Assembly: GCA_053919585.1 (NCBI GenBank)
Contig: CM132799.1
Origin: Euprymna scolopes
Taxonomy: Eukaryota
Direction: 5' to 3' (one strand)
DNA length: 64,000 bases
The stretch's first letter is position 1, and the number at the start of each line of letters is the position of its first letter. The notes under the pieces were generated by a model that searched no databases, was not told the DNA's origin, and worked only from the letters and a program-made list of their open reading frames with translations. The position numbers and the translations under genes were made by a program. Positions 36,890 through 50,346 of this stretch are shown here, in pieces.

Positions 36890-38270
36890 CTATTTTTCCT
36901 CTCTCTCTATCTGCATTTCTCTCTCTATTTCTTTATATATATGAATGTGTTTGCGGATTTTGTGTGTGTATGTGTGTGTGTCTATTTTCTGTTGCAAGTA
37001 CAAATCAGAATGTTTGAATGTTTCGCTATATATGAAAACAGTAGGAAACAACATGATCTAGAGTTTATTTATATATAAAAAGGCAATTTCAAAAAGATTC
37101 AGCCGTCGCCATTTCTTTATTTATTGTTGCGAGCACAAGTCGGAATCTTTTTACTGTCCGCTATTAATAAAAACAGGAAAACAATAACAACTAGCATTTA
37201 TAAAAAAATATATATCAAATATTTAACCGTCGTGATTTGTTCATATTTGTCTTTGCGAGCACAAAACAGAAACTTTTTTAAATGTTTCGCTACGAGGGGT
37301 GTGCAATAAGTAATGCCCCTGACCCACTTCCAGTTGTCTGATCTAGCTGATATTTTGCAGGTGCAATCATTAATATATCTCTGGGTTACGTGGCAAATTA
37401 CAGCTCTGAACTAATTGCGGTTTCTGTTTTACAGGTGTTTGAACTGAGTCAGGTGTGAAATGGAGCCTGTTGAATGTCGAGCAGTGATCCGGTTTTTGCA
37501 TTTGAAAGAACGCACACCACAGGAGACTTTTGATGAAAAGAAAGAAACTTATGGTGATAATGTCCCATCATATGACCTTTTAAAACGCTGGTATCGTGAA
37601 TTCAAACATGTCCGGAAGTCTGTAGAAACAACTCCCAGGCCTGGACGCTCCACCTCCCTTCTGCTATTGATGAGACATCTGTCCGTCAAGTTGAGGCTGC
37701 CATTTTGGAAGATCGGCGCATTACTAATCGCCAAATAGCCCAAGATGTCAAGATTAGTACAGGGTCTCTGGAAACTATCATTCATTACCATTTGCATATG
37801 CATAATATGTCTTCCAGATGGATTCCCAGGTTGCTCACACCATTCCAGAAGCGAGAACGCGTCGAGTGCTCGAGGATGAATTTGGAGATGTTACCTCTTC
37901 CCAGCCATGAAGTTGTTTTTGAAAGGAAAGTTATTCCCAGATGATGCAGTCTTGATTTCTAAAATAACGTCGTGGTTGGAGGACCAACCTGTGGTGTTCT
38001 ACAAAAACGATCTCCAGAGCTGCATCAAACGATGGGAGAAATGCATAACTCTGAGTCGTTACTATGTAGAGATAGACTAATAACTGTGTCAAGTTTCGTT
38101 GCTCTACTGCTATGGGAAGTGGGTCAGGGGCATTACTTATTGCACGGCTCTCGTATCTATAACAATGTAAAACAGTTACTTAACTTTATTATTTTTTATT
38201 AAAAAGCTTCAGCGCTTCTCATTTTTTTCATTCACTGTTGCGATCACAACTTTGAATCTGTCATAATGTG
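36890..38270. repeat. Unclassified dispersed repeat with recurring ttgcgagcacaa motif, interrupted by a mariner
   Basis: Colinear with 40970-41520, which lacks the mariner. Confidence 0.75.
37293..38153 (+). mobile_element. Internally deleted mariner transposon with ~39-bp TIRs and TA duplication
   Basis: ta|cgaggggtgtgcaataagtaatgcccctgacccacttcc ... ggaagtgggtcaggggcattacttattgcacggctctcg|ta; HTH region MEPVECRAVIRFL, WIPRLLT (WVPxxL motif), then a jump to C-terminal CIKRWEKCI, so the catalytic core is missing. Confidence 0.95.
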
Positions 38271-40969
38271 ATGAAACAGTTCTGCGGTTTCGTGTGCTAC
38301 AGGTTATAAGTTCTTGGTAAAAAAAAACCCTTCATGAAAATTCAGATTTATTTTTAGTAAACAAAAAAGAAAGAAGGTTTTTGCAGTGTTGCCAGCACGA
38401 CAGATTACAAGAGGAAGCGAATTTACATGTTGAGTTCACTTTCGGTCGCCTCCTTATTTTGGTTTCCCCTGTTTGGCATTTAGTCATCACATATCATGAG
38501 CAATTGTTCTGACAAAGGGAAAATAATTGCTGTTTTCTTGGTCGACATAAATCCATCTTACACTTATCGTTTTTACCTTGAAATATTTTTTCAACTTACA
38601 TCAAGTGGTTGTATGCCCAGTCCGCGACGATTTCAATTAAAAAGAATTCTTTCGGAGAACGCTTTTCGAAGGGGGACCAGAAATCGAAGATCAGTCGAAC
38701 ACCTAACATAGAAACATCGATAAAAAATATTTTCTTTTCTTTTTTTTTTGTAGGAATATGGGGATGAAAGAAAAATAGAAAAATTTAGCTCGCACTTGAT
38801 TGCGACGTCGAATTTGTATAATGCCAAGGCAGGAAAGGAGGTCCTGAACGACAAATGTGACAGCAATACTCTATCTTGAGTTGAATCTACAAATTTCGAG
38901 AATAGAGAGAGAATAAATATAGATATATTTAAATGTCGTGGCAGCGAAAAGTGTCAGTTATGGCTTCATCATCATGGCATGTACTTCTGTAATAACTTTT
39001 CTTAATACAAATGGAATTGTCTCCTGTAGAACATCCGCAGCAGATATCATCTAGCTATAACAACTGCAACTAGTTTTCTAATTATCTATCTGCTTGAAAC
39101 TAAACGTAAATTCAATGAACAAGATTCCTTTCCTATAACAAAACGTCTGCATAGCACAGCACCGCGGGGCTACTTCCCAGCTGACTATAATAAGGCCGTT
39201 TAAAGTATAATGTAAACAAGTACCTGTTGAGCCGTCTTTTTAAATAAATATTACCCAACTCCCACAATTACCTATTACTAGGATATGGTCTTGTCAGTTA
39301 GCTAATTTTTATTAATCCTTATCCCCAATTGGTATTTGGGTCTTGATAAGCGATAACTCCTCCCTAGAAAAAGGATAAAAATGTTGCTAATTCTATTTCT
39401 GTATTTCTCTTAATTATGACATATAATTAAAGGAATCCAAGAGTATTAGGAACTCACTGTATCAGTAGAATTATCCAATCATTGTTTCTGTGATTTAAAC
39501 AATGGATGTGATATTAGCATTCCGTTTTAGGTCTCGGTCGAAAAATGTTCTTAGGAGCTTGTTATAGCGAACGGTTAACACGACGAGAGGATAATTCATT
39601 TCAACTGAGGCAGAACTCGTTTTATTTTTTCTTAAACTCGATATGGCATTTTCTCCAATAAGGAATCTCGTCAACAATTTACAAGTGTCGGCCAAATTTA
39701 GTGCGAAATAATAGCGCTTTGCCAAAACTCATAGATTTATTCATAACTTTGCGATTTGTAGATTTTTTTTTACCCCTGCAATGCAGTAATCTCACATTAC
39801 ACCCGAGGTCTTCTGGGGTCGTTTGTACCGAACACACAGGCCAGCAAAGCTGACTTAACCCAAACAACACGAAATTTGAAAAACAACCAATAATCATGGT
39901 TTCTAGGATACGTTTATCGATATCTATTATTCTAGCCCGGTCAAATGGCCAGTTTTTTTAAAAATATGTTTCGTATATTCATTTTTGTTTTTACTAGTGA
40001 GTAATCATGTATCATAACCTTGGGCGATGTTAGAGTGTGGGTTAAACTGATTTGTGGTTTGACTGGTTTGACAGTGTTCGCTGTCACGAGACGAACGGAA
40101 AAATCGGTTGAAAAAAATAGTTGATTTTCTAAGGAGGCGGATCGACAAGTATTTGTTTACATAAGACTATAAAACAACCATTTAGTTGTCGGTTAAGAAG
40201 TAGACGCGTAGTATCTTAACATATGCGATGCTCTTGGAATCAAACTTTTCTCGTGGAATTTCCTTTATTTTAGAGAATGTTAGAGAGGAGGAGGAAAGAG
40301 TTATTTGTTGTGGTTGCGTCAATACGATTTTTTTACAGGGAAGGTCTTGCATGCGAGGCCAGCATCATCTCCCACCAGATAAGATTCTGTTCACTGTCGA
40401 GAGAAGAAAAAGTGTTTCGATGTGTACTTTGGCTTAATATGAGAGCAACACTCACTCTCAGGATGAATCCGGTTCTTATACTCGTAGAACATTGCATTAG
40501 GAGTCAGTTTTGGGTTTTTTTTTTTTAATTTATTCAGACACTCAGTTTACAACTGAACACATTTTACTTTACTGGCTTTAATTAATTCAGTCCGTATGAA
40601 TCTGATAAATCTATTGTTTGCATTGGTTTCGCTGGTATTTTGTTAGTTAGAATATTTTATATAGTTACATCAGGTACTACAGGATAGTTCACATGAAGGT
40701 TGCCAACATCCTAAATTGAAGTGTTTCTGTAAAATAAGCTCGATTTTAACTTGGACATCTAGGTTGTGGGTCCGTGTTGTTAATCAATTAGCCGTGTACA
40801 AAAGAACAGTATTAAACTCCTTTATAAGACGCCACTGATAACGACAAACATTAAGACAGGGTCGTTTTGTAACGTTAACCCTAAGAAAAAATTAATGTAC
40901 GCAATCCTTAGTTAAATGTAACACATATATTTGCGGAACAATTCAAACTTTTTATAACCAAAGTCAACT

Positions 40970-41023
40970 CTCTATCTTTCTCTCTTTTTCTCTCACACTA
41001 TCTTTTCCTCCTCTCTATCTGTA

Positions 41024-41060
<37 letters not shown>

Positions 41061-41520
41061 ATATATATATATATATGTGTGTGCGTTTGTGTGTATGTGT
41101 GTGTACCTATTGGCCGTTGCGAGCACAATTCGGAATCTTTGGAATGTTTCGCTATCTATAAAAACAGGAAGAAACAACACGAACTAAAGTTTATTTATGT
41201 ATAAAAAGGCAATTTCAAAAAGATTCAACCGTCGTCATTTATTTATTTATTGTTGCGAGCACAAGTCGGAATCTTTTTACTGTCCGCTATAAAAATAGGA
41301 AAACAACTAAAGCTCATTTATAAAGAAAATGATATAAATACTTAACCGTCGTGATTTGTTCATGTTTGTCTTTCCGAGCACAAGACAAAAACTTTTTTAA
41401 TGTTTCGTAATGTAAAACAAAGTAAAAAGTTAAACTTTATTATTTTTTCTTAAAAACCTTCAATATTTCTCATTTTATTTTCATTGTCTGTTGTGTGAAT
41501 GTTTTATAATGTTTCGCTAT
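40970..41520. repeat. Second copy of the 36890-38270 repeat (empty site for the mariner)
   Basis: Shared aaaaggcaatttcaaaaagattca.ccgtcg...ttgcgagcacaagtcggaatctttttactgtccgctat. Confidence 0.75.
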
Positions 41521-41619
41521 TCCTGAAAATCCCGTTAGATGGGATTGAAATATTTGACTTTTCAAATGGAAACTTACGTTTATATTGTTTATAAAAACAC
41601 TTTACAATACCCTAAAGAA

Positions 41620-42790
41620 ATTGAAAATATTGCAAATATTTATAAATTTATGTCTAATTACTAGCATTAAATTATCATAAAAAATTACAAATATTTATAA
41701 ATTAATGTCTTATTACTAGTATTAAATTATCATAAAAATTGCAAATATTTCTAATTTATGTCTAATTACTAGTATTAAGTTATCATAAAAAATTGCAAAT
41801 ATTTCTAATTTATGTCTAATTACTAGTATTAAATCATCATAAAAAATTGCAAATATTTCTAATTTATGTCTAATTACTAGTATTAAATCATCATAAAAAA
41901 GTGCAAATATTTCTAATTTATGTCTAATTACTAGTATTAAATCATCATAAAAAAGTGCAAATATTTCTAATTTATGTCTAATTACTAGTATTAAATCATC
42001 ATAAAAAATTGCAAATATTTCTAATTTATGTCTAATTACTAGTATTAAATCATCATAAAAAAGTGCAAATATTTCTAATTTATGTCTAATTACTAGTATT
42101 AAATCATCATAAAAAATTGCAAATATTTCTAATTTATGTCTAATTACTAGTATTAAATCATCATAAAAAATTGCAAATATTTCTAATTTATGTCTAATTA
42201 CTAGTATTAAATCATCATAAAAAAGTGCAAATATTTCTAATTTATGTCTAATTACTAGTATTAAATCATCATAAAAAAGTGCAAATATTTCTAATTTATG
42301 TCTAATTACTAGTATTAAATCATCATAAAAAAGTGCAAATATTTCTAATTTATGTCTAATTACTAGTATTAAATCATCATAAAAAAGTGCAAATATTTCT
42401 AATTTATGTCTAATTACTAGTATTAAATCATCATAAAAAATTGCAAATATTTCTAATTTATGTCTAATTACTAGTATTAAATCATCATAAAAAAGTGCAA
42501 ATATTTCTAATTTATGTCTAATTACTAGTATTAAATCATCATAAAAAAGTGCAAATATTTATAAATTCATGTCTAATTATTAGTGTTAAATTATCATAAA
42601 AAATGCAAATATTTATAAATGGAAGTCTTATTACTAGTATTAAGTTATCATAAAAAATCGCAAATATGTATAAATGGATGTCTAATTACTAGTATTAAAC
42701 TATCACAAAAAATGCAAATATTTATAAATTCATGTCTAATTACTAGTATTAAATCATAAAAAATTGCAAATATTTATAAATTGTGTAAAA
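41620..42790. repeat. 54-bp AT-rich minisatellite, about 21 copies
   Basis: Unit aaaaaa(g/t)tgcaaatatttctaatttatgtctaattactagtattaaatcatcat; homogeneous centre and diverged edges. Confidence 0.95.
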
Positions 42791-45073
42791 ATATATAATA
42801 ACGAGTAACTTAATTCATATAGGAATCCTATAGACAATGTATTTATATTCCAATTTGTTTTCATGAATTTAAATACGTTATTTTTATTTAAAATACAAGT
42901 ATCTTTGTATTACGTTCAGTAATTTGCTCTCATAACGGTGCTTCTGTCAAAATGATGTCGTATATTTAAGTAAGGCAATGTCATACTGAACAATAAGTGT
43001 TAAGTGGGTATGGTTTCACAAGTCAAACTCCAACGAGAAAAAAACGTCTGTATGGAACTATAGCAACCCGACCCTGCAGAGGCAGGTAGAGTTTTCATGT
43101 GTGCGATTTGTTTTATTCACGGTCACTCTTAACAAGGCAGATCGCCGCTTCGGCGTAAGAGGATACTATTTGGTATCATGGCTAGGAAGAAATAACAAAA
43201 TGTTAGTTCACGTCACATTTAAACCTTCTGCATATTAATACAGTTAGGGAAGCAAATAGCAGGAAGGAAATTCCAAAGTCTAGCTGTTTTAGGGAAGAAA
43301 CTGTTAGTTAGAAAGCTTTCTGGCATTTACTGACCTCGACAGTGAAGGGGTGTGATTTTGTTGCTAAACGAGTTTGTTGGAGATATGTACATCGAAAGGG
43401 GTACAATTGTTACGGGTACATCAGAGCATATTCCATTAAAATACATGTAAAACAGGAATAGAAATGCAACATTGCGACGATTGGACAGGGGTTGAAACTT
43501 AGTTGAAAAATTGAGACTATCAGCAATTATGTACGATTACTGTTCCAAATGTAATGCCTCCTATGTTTTGTTTCACATGAATAGATAAGAAGGGATTAAA
43601 AAGGTGTCATATTTATGCATTAACGGCCTGAAAATTCCATCTCTCTGTTGTAGATATTGACAGTGTGAGACGCTAATAAATCGACCCCTGTCATGGACGA
43701 GTGTAAGAAACACAAATAAACCATTTAATCCATGGCAAAAATATATTAAGAATAGTGGTGACTATGTAGAAAATAAATCGTAATTCCCAAAAGATCGCTC
43801 GTTTTATAAGTACAACTTTCGTCTTTGCAGCTCTTCAACTATTTTAGTAAATAAACTAGGTCGTTTTACTTTTAGAACAACTTGATGACAAAGCATACAA
43901 ATACACAGCCATCGTTCCTTACTAGCAAAAGTGCATTAAAAATGATGGTGACTATGTAGAAAATAGATTCTGGAGAACAATAGGCCACTCGTTTTAATGG
44001 TATCTTTACCGTCTAACAATCATGAGAAGTTTATATCACATCTGAAAAAGCACAAGAAAATATCTTGATAATTCTACTGGTACTGTAAATTCCTAGATCC
44101 TTCTGGAGTCGTTTAACTTTATGTTATAACCGAGAGAAAACTAGAGGTAGAACTAACAGAAGTCATCGTTTATCAATAACCAAAGTGTATTGAGAATATT
44201 GGGAACTTTGTAGAACAATAGATTCTGGAGCACAATGGTCTGCTTGTTTTAATGGTGCCATATAACTGTTCGAGTTAAAAATATGTGAGTCTTTACCCTT
44301 GGAACGATCCTTGCACCCAAATAATCTGGTATGATCCAATACAGAAATTAACTGTTTATTCTTTTTGTGTTAGTTTTTACAATTCTTGTCTGTACCAAAC
44401 TGTTAAAACGTTGAATAGAAAATCAAATATCCCATTAGCTAATAAAGGTAATTTATATAAATTTCTCTTGGTCTGGCTGTCTGTCCTTTCCAAGTTTCCC
44501 ATGAAACTATTGAGCCACGTAGTCTTAAATTTTCTATGGGCATTGATTATGATGAGGTGCAGCGAACAAAGTATAATGGTACTCACTCAATACTAAATTA
44601 GTCACTAAAATATCACATTTACTCTAAATGTTTTCTACTTAGCGGATCTAACTGAAATTTTGTTTGGGTCTTTGTTCTGGTTAAATGTAGCGAACTAAGT
44701 ATTATAATATAATTTCGATGCTCAGTTACGGATTAATAGTGATTAACAAACAATATAAACTACAATATAACATTTACTCAAGAGACATTCTCGAAAATAC
44801 TCGGTTAATCCAACTGAAAATGTGCTTGGATCTTTATGATGAAGTGCAGCAAACTAAGTATTATGGTATAATTTTGATGAAGAGTAAAAATCAGATAAAT
44901 AAGTATTAATAGAAATTAATCACTACAATACTATATTTTCTTTAGGAGTTTTTTTTTTTCGGAAACTACTAGCCGATCTGGCAATAACTGTGTATCGGCT
45001 TTTGTTATGATTATATGCAGCGTTTGATGCACTGCTATGCATTAATAAACAATTATAATACAAATTATAATAA

Positions 45074-45112
<39 letters not shown>

Positions 45113-45143
45113 TCTAATACAAAAATGAAAACACATTTAAGCA

Positions 45144-45558
45144 TTTATTTATTTGCGTACCGTTATCCTCATCTTCATATTGGTTTTTGTTTCACCACGT
45201 TCCGGCCAACTCATCCTCTGGCCTTCCTCAGGTGATTACTGTGATGGAATAGGAATGATATGTCTCTTAACTGTATCCTGAGTAATTACTGCCTTCCATA
45301 GTTGTTGTAACCTCACGACATTTTGGCTAATTAGTTCTCTGGCCTGGTTTAGGTTGGATTGAAACCGCTATCTTCAGGCAATGCTCACCTGGAACCGTAA
45401 ACATTCAACCCGTCTATGCACTATATTACTGAGGATACAGTTCCAAATTCATCATTCCGTAATCACCTGAAGAAGCCCAAAGGATGACTTGACCGAAACG
45501 GGACCAAACAATAACAACTATAAAGATGAGGATAAGAGTCCACAACTAAATAAATAAA
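45144..45558. mobile_element. Penelope-type inverted-repeat element with a degenerate minimal hammerhead motif in each arm
   Basis: Arms about 45144-45286 and 45425-45558 are imperfect inverted repeats; right arm tcac-ctgaaga-...-gaaacg; left arm on the minus strand tcac-ctgagga-aggcc...ggcc-ggaacg-tggtga. Confidence 0.65.
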
Positions 45559-47614
45559 TACAAAACTTAATCATTTCAAAGAATTCCAATAAAATAATAT
45601 TCAACAATCAATCTGGCATAAAGTACTCGTTCTAAGTCAACATTTCTTTGTTTTTATCAAACTTTTTGTAATTCTAGTTTGTTGTATATTTTTCTTACTT
45701 CCGATTTAACCGCTGTTAACTATTTAACACGTTTGCTTATAAATCTCTATTTATTTACTATTTAATAATTTTAATATATTTCTTTGTTAATCATTTCGTA
45801 TTTTCTGCTTTAATTAAAAGACAAAGTTATGGAAAATTTGAATTAATTAGATTAGATTTTTCTGAGTATCAAACTTTCTGTTTTATGAGTTGAGCGTTTG
45901 AAATTTGAATTATTTTGAGTATTCGAATTATTGTGCCAATCTAAACTGTTATATAAGATCACGAGCGATGTAACGTCTGCTCGTCCTCAGATATGTCTTG
46001 TCGAATTGTGGAATATTTCGAGAATCTTGGAAGTTCGCAAAAACCTGTAGTGGATAATGTACTTGGTGACATTTAGTTGTCAGTTACATTCTTCTGAACG
46101 TTGAAGATTTAATTCCCGGTGTGAGCGACATTAAAAATACAATGGCCAATTATGTATGTTCTACCCAGTCATGGCTGACGGAACGCGAGCATGCTACCCA
46201 GCTTAGTAAAGGGTTCCATTTGAAATGTCTTGCGGATTCCAGAGCTTGATAGTTTGACCAGAAACACATGAATATGGGCGGCGGTTTGATCGGTTGAAAG
46301 GTTGTGATAAAACCACCAAGATTGAACATTAGTCCTAATTATCCAACATTAAGTCTGCATAGACTTTTTGTAACATGATCCCCGACAAATATTCTGTGAA
46401 TCAACATTCCACTCAGTCGTTTATATTTGGCGGCATAAAGAAACTAACAGCTTGCACTTAAATCTCCGATCTGGCGTTTGTATCTTCTTTATTGCTGCTA
46501 AATCTAGATGATGCGGGAGTGTTGTTATTGCGGCTGAGGATAATACAGTGCGTAAAGAAAGAGTTATTGAAAACTGTACATCCTGTAGCTATGGTGTAAT
46601 CAACAATGCCATTGGTTGTCGATTATAGCAAAACTATGAATAGATTCGCCCGATTGGACGTTTAGATATGCAAGTATGTTCAATATCTTGGATTGTTAAA
46701 TGATCTTGTGTTGCACAGTTGTTGCAAGTTACTCTTCAGCAAGGTGTAGCACCTGTTAGCTTCCATCTGATATTTTAGAGGGTTAAAATGCAGTGGACAG
46801 ATGAAGCTTCTCGGCGGTGGAGAGGGCAAATCACTTAAGGGAAGGAAACTCTAATTAAAAACGAAAGAAAACACGGAAAGAAAATGTCAATTAATGTGAT
46901 TAAGAAATCTTCTAGTGAAGGTCATACAAGCACTCGCTTACAATTTATTATCAGCCAGCACGGAAATAATAATCTTTAGAAAACTATCATGAGATTTTCA
47001 TATCAGTGCGCAATCTGGTCTAACCGGAAATAGCTTAAGATAATTCGAAATCTTTTAGCTAAGTTTTGATAATTGGTGTTATTTGGATGATTTATGATAT
47101 TTTTCTCATCTTGAATGCTAGTCTTATAAGATTTCACATTATGTGAAAATAATACAAATGCGAATTACTTAAGCCTTCTACATCATTATGGCTGATGAAA
47201 GAGGAACGAGTTATTCTGCAGATAAAATAAAGTATATAACATTATTATGTTCTAATTTTTTTAATTAAAGATTGGCAATGTATATCATTACGACTATTGT
47301 TTTCATAGTTTCGCCCGATGTAACTGATGTATCCGAATAAAAATATATGCCTACGAATATGAGGAGTTTCAGATAGCGTTGCTTAAATTAAACAAAACAA
47401 ACACACTTATTTATATTGTAGATGCTGTAACGAAAATAAAATAGCAGAATTGCACTTTATCGCGCCGGGAGTATATTATTTTTGAAGTGAGGCGGAAAAG
47501 TTACCCGAAAAAAAAAGAGGGGTCAACCCAAAATCAATATTCTAAACTAAATGTTATATTTGATTTGCACATTATGAAAAAACATTTTTATTTTGAAAAT
47601 AATTATTTTTAAAT

Positions 47615-48075
47615 ATTCAATGTTAAATCTTATTTGTAAAGTTTAAATATAATACATTAAAAAACATTCAATGTTAAATCTTATTTGTAAAGTTTAAATA
47701 TAATTAATTAAAAAACATTCAATGTTAAATCTTATTTGTAAAGTTTAAATATAATTAATTAAAAAACATTCAATGTTAAATCTTATTTGTAAAGTTTAAA
47801 TATAATTAATTAAAAAACATTCAATGTTAAATCTTATTTGTAAAGTTTAAATATAATTAATTAAAAAACATTCAATGTTAAATCTTATTTGTAAAGTTTA
47901 AATATAATTAATTAAAAAACATTCAATGTTAAATCTTATTTGTAAAGTTTAAATATAATTAATTAAAAAACATTCAATGTTAAATCTTATTTGTAAAGTT
48001 TAAATATAATTAATTAAAAAACATTCAATGTTAAATCTTATTTGTAAAGTTTAAATATAATTAATTAAAAAATAT
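47615..48075. repeat. 51-bp AT-rich minisatellite, about 9 copies
   Basis: Unit aaaaaacattcaatgttaaatcttatttgtaaagtttaaatataattaatt; near-perfect copies. Confidence 0.95.
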
Positions 48076-49597
48076 TTTTGTTACATTGTGTACCATCGAA
48101 ATAAAATTTAATAAATGTTTCCAATCTATGTATTTTTCTTCGATATGATACTTCGTTAATTTATTCAATTATTTGAACTACGGAAAAGGTTCGCTTAAGA
48201 ATCATCACTAATTTTGGGATTGTATTCCAATTTCGCTTGTATTACTCTTCGAAAATGAAAACAAAAATGGCGAGTTAAAACGCATCAATAAATTTATAAT
48301 ATTTAAATAGCATATAGATACTTCTTTAATTAATATGCACACATCAAATTTGCGAATAAAATAAGTTGCATAAAATCACAGTTGTAAGTTACACTCTTCT
48401 GGCGGTTTAAGGTCAAATCCTTAGTGCGGGCGACACTCAAAATACAATTGTCAGTTAGTTAGAACGTCTATCCAGTCATGGGTGACGGAACGTTATAATT
48501 GTTCCTCGTGAATGTAATAAAGGGTTTGGATTCGAAATAACATGCAGATTCCCGAAGTCGACAAAAAGATTTCTGATACTCATACGATACATTAGAAGGA
48601 AGTCAGATGTTACATTAACCGAAACTTTGTACAAAAGTGCAGAACTGACATATTGCTACTCATCTCCTTCCATAATACTCCTGCAAATTATGTCACTGAT
48701 AGTAACTCCTACTTCAAAGTTTGGGGTGAAAAAATTGAATAAGAAATTTTTTTTTAAATGACACTGAATATGCGAAAAGTAGTTGAAGGAAGCCAGATAG
48801 TAAGATTAATTAGCAAATAGATATGTCTACAATTAAAATTCAAATGTTAAATTTTCGAATAGAACAACAAGTTTAATACAACGTTAAGTCGATCATTTAT
48901 TTTCTGAATGTTGCTGTGCGTCGTTTCATTGGTGGAAAACAAAAGGGCACACGGTAAATTCTCGTTAATAATCAGATTGAGATCATCTGCGTTTTGATAA
49001 ACGAGATTCTCGTGCGGATTTCAATAAGACGCGACTCATTAATCTTCATTCAGCATTCGATCACAACGTGGTGTCGAACAACTAGTCGACTGGATAATAA
49101 AAATACCTCGTCCCTTGTGCCAGATGCAAGTAATTAAATGACTATATATAATTCGATTAGTACGACTTTAAGTTCAACCATTTGAAGCAGAGTTAACAGA
49201 CAAGAACAGGGGTCAAGTATAGTCAAAGAAAGAAGTGGCGGTGTGTTTTAATAAAGATGTTATTATATGTGTAACATTTTCTCTGATCTATAATAAATCT
49301 GCTTTTTAATAAGCTTGTCAAGGCTTGAAAGCCACTCGAGTATAAATGATTATGTAAGGTGGCCGGTTATATAACAATGTGATCATACTTAATGCTAGAA
49401 CTGGAATAGTGTTTGTTCATTAAGAAGATGGCTAAACAACTGACTTGTTTACATTACTCTTTAAAAAGACAGCTAGTGGTTAGTTTAAATAAAGTTGTCA
49501 TAGAAGTAAAGACTTACTATGTGGCCAACATTTTTTATCAGCTGTAAAGCACTGGGGTATACATGTCTGTTAAGTGAAACTTAATGGGCTTAGAATT

Positions 49598-49644
<47 letters not shown>

Positions 49645-49648
<4 letters not shown>

Positions 49649-49826
49649 TCCACAGCTAAACAACGTCGCAGCTCACAAGGGTGATGGCAGACAACAAACC
49701 AGAAGTCCCCAAACTCGAGTTTTGCCCTTATTTAGGCTCATTAGTTAGACATATCCGAACTCAGGATTCGAAACCACGAGCCACTTGCATGCAAGGCGAG
49801 CGCTCTGCCACTTGAGTAAACTTGCC
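49645..49826 (-). mobile_element. tRNA-Ala(TGC)-derived SINE-like element ending at (TA)n
   Basis: Minus strand ggcaagtttactcaagtggcagagcgctcgccttgcatgcaag...ggtttcgaatcc has A-box, TGC anticodon loop and B-box, followed by about 110 bp of unrelated body. Confidence 0.6.
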
Positions 49827-50303
49827 ACAAACACAAAGAATGTCTATTAACTAACACAGATCAAGCAAACCGCGGCGAAGTCCGACTATGGAACGAACTT
49901 ACTTCGACTTGAAAAAGGGATGTGGTCATCCAACCAAGCTATAGCCCAAGCCGATGTCTCAACAGTAGTAATTTTATACTCGCTAAGACAACGCCATCCA
50001 ACAAGCTAACGTTGCGAGGAATGTGTGTATCTCCAAAGCTCTCATTTCTTTTGTAAGTTGCGACATTGTTTGTCTGTGGAAATAATTATATNNNNNNNNN
50101 NNNNNNNNNNNNNNNNNNNNNNNNNNNNNNNNNNNNNNNNNNNNNNNNNNNNNNNNNNNNNNNNNNNNNNNNNNNNNNNNNNNNNNNNNNNNNNNNNNNN
50201 NNNNNNNNNNNNNNNNNNNNNNNNNNNNNNNNNNNNNNNNNNNNNNNNNNNNNNNNNAGGAACTAATCGTATTATATATATATATATATTTATATATATA
50301 TGC

Positions 50304-50346
<43 letters not shown>

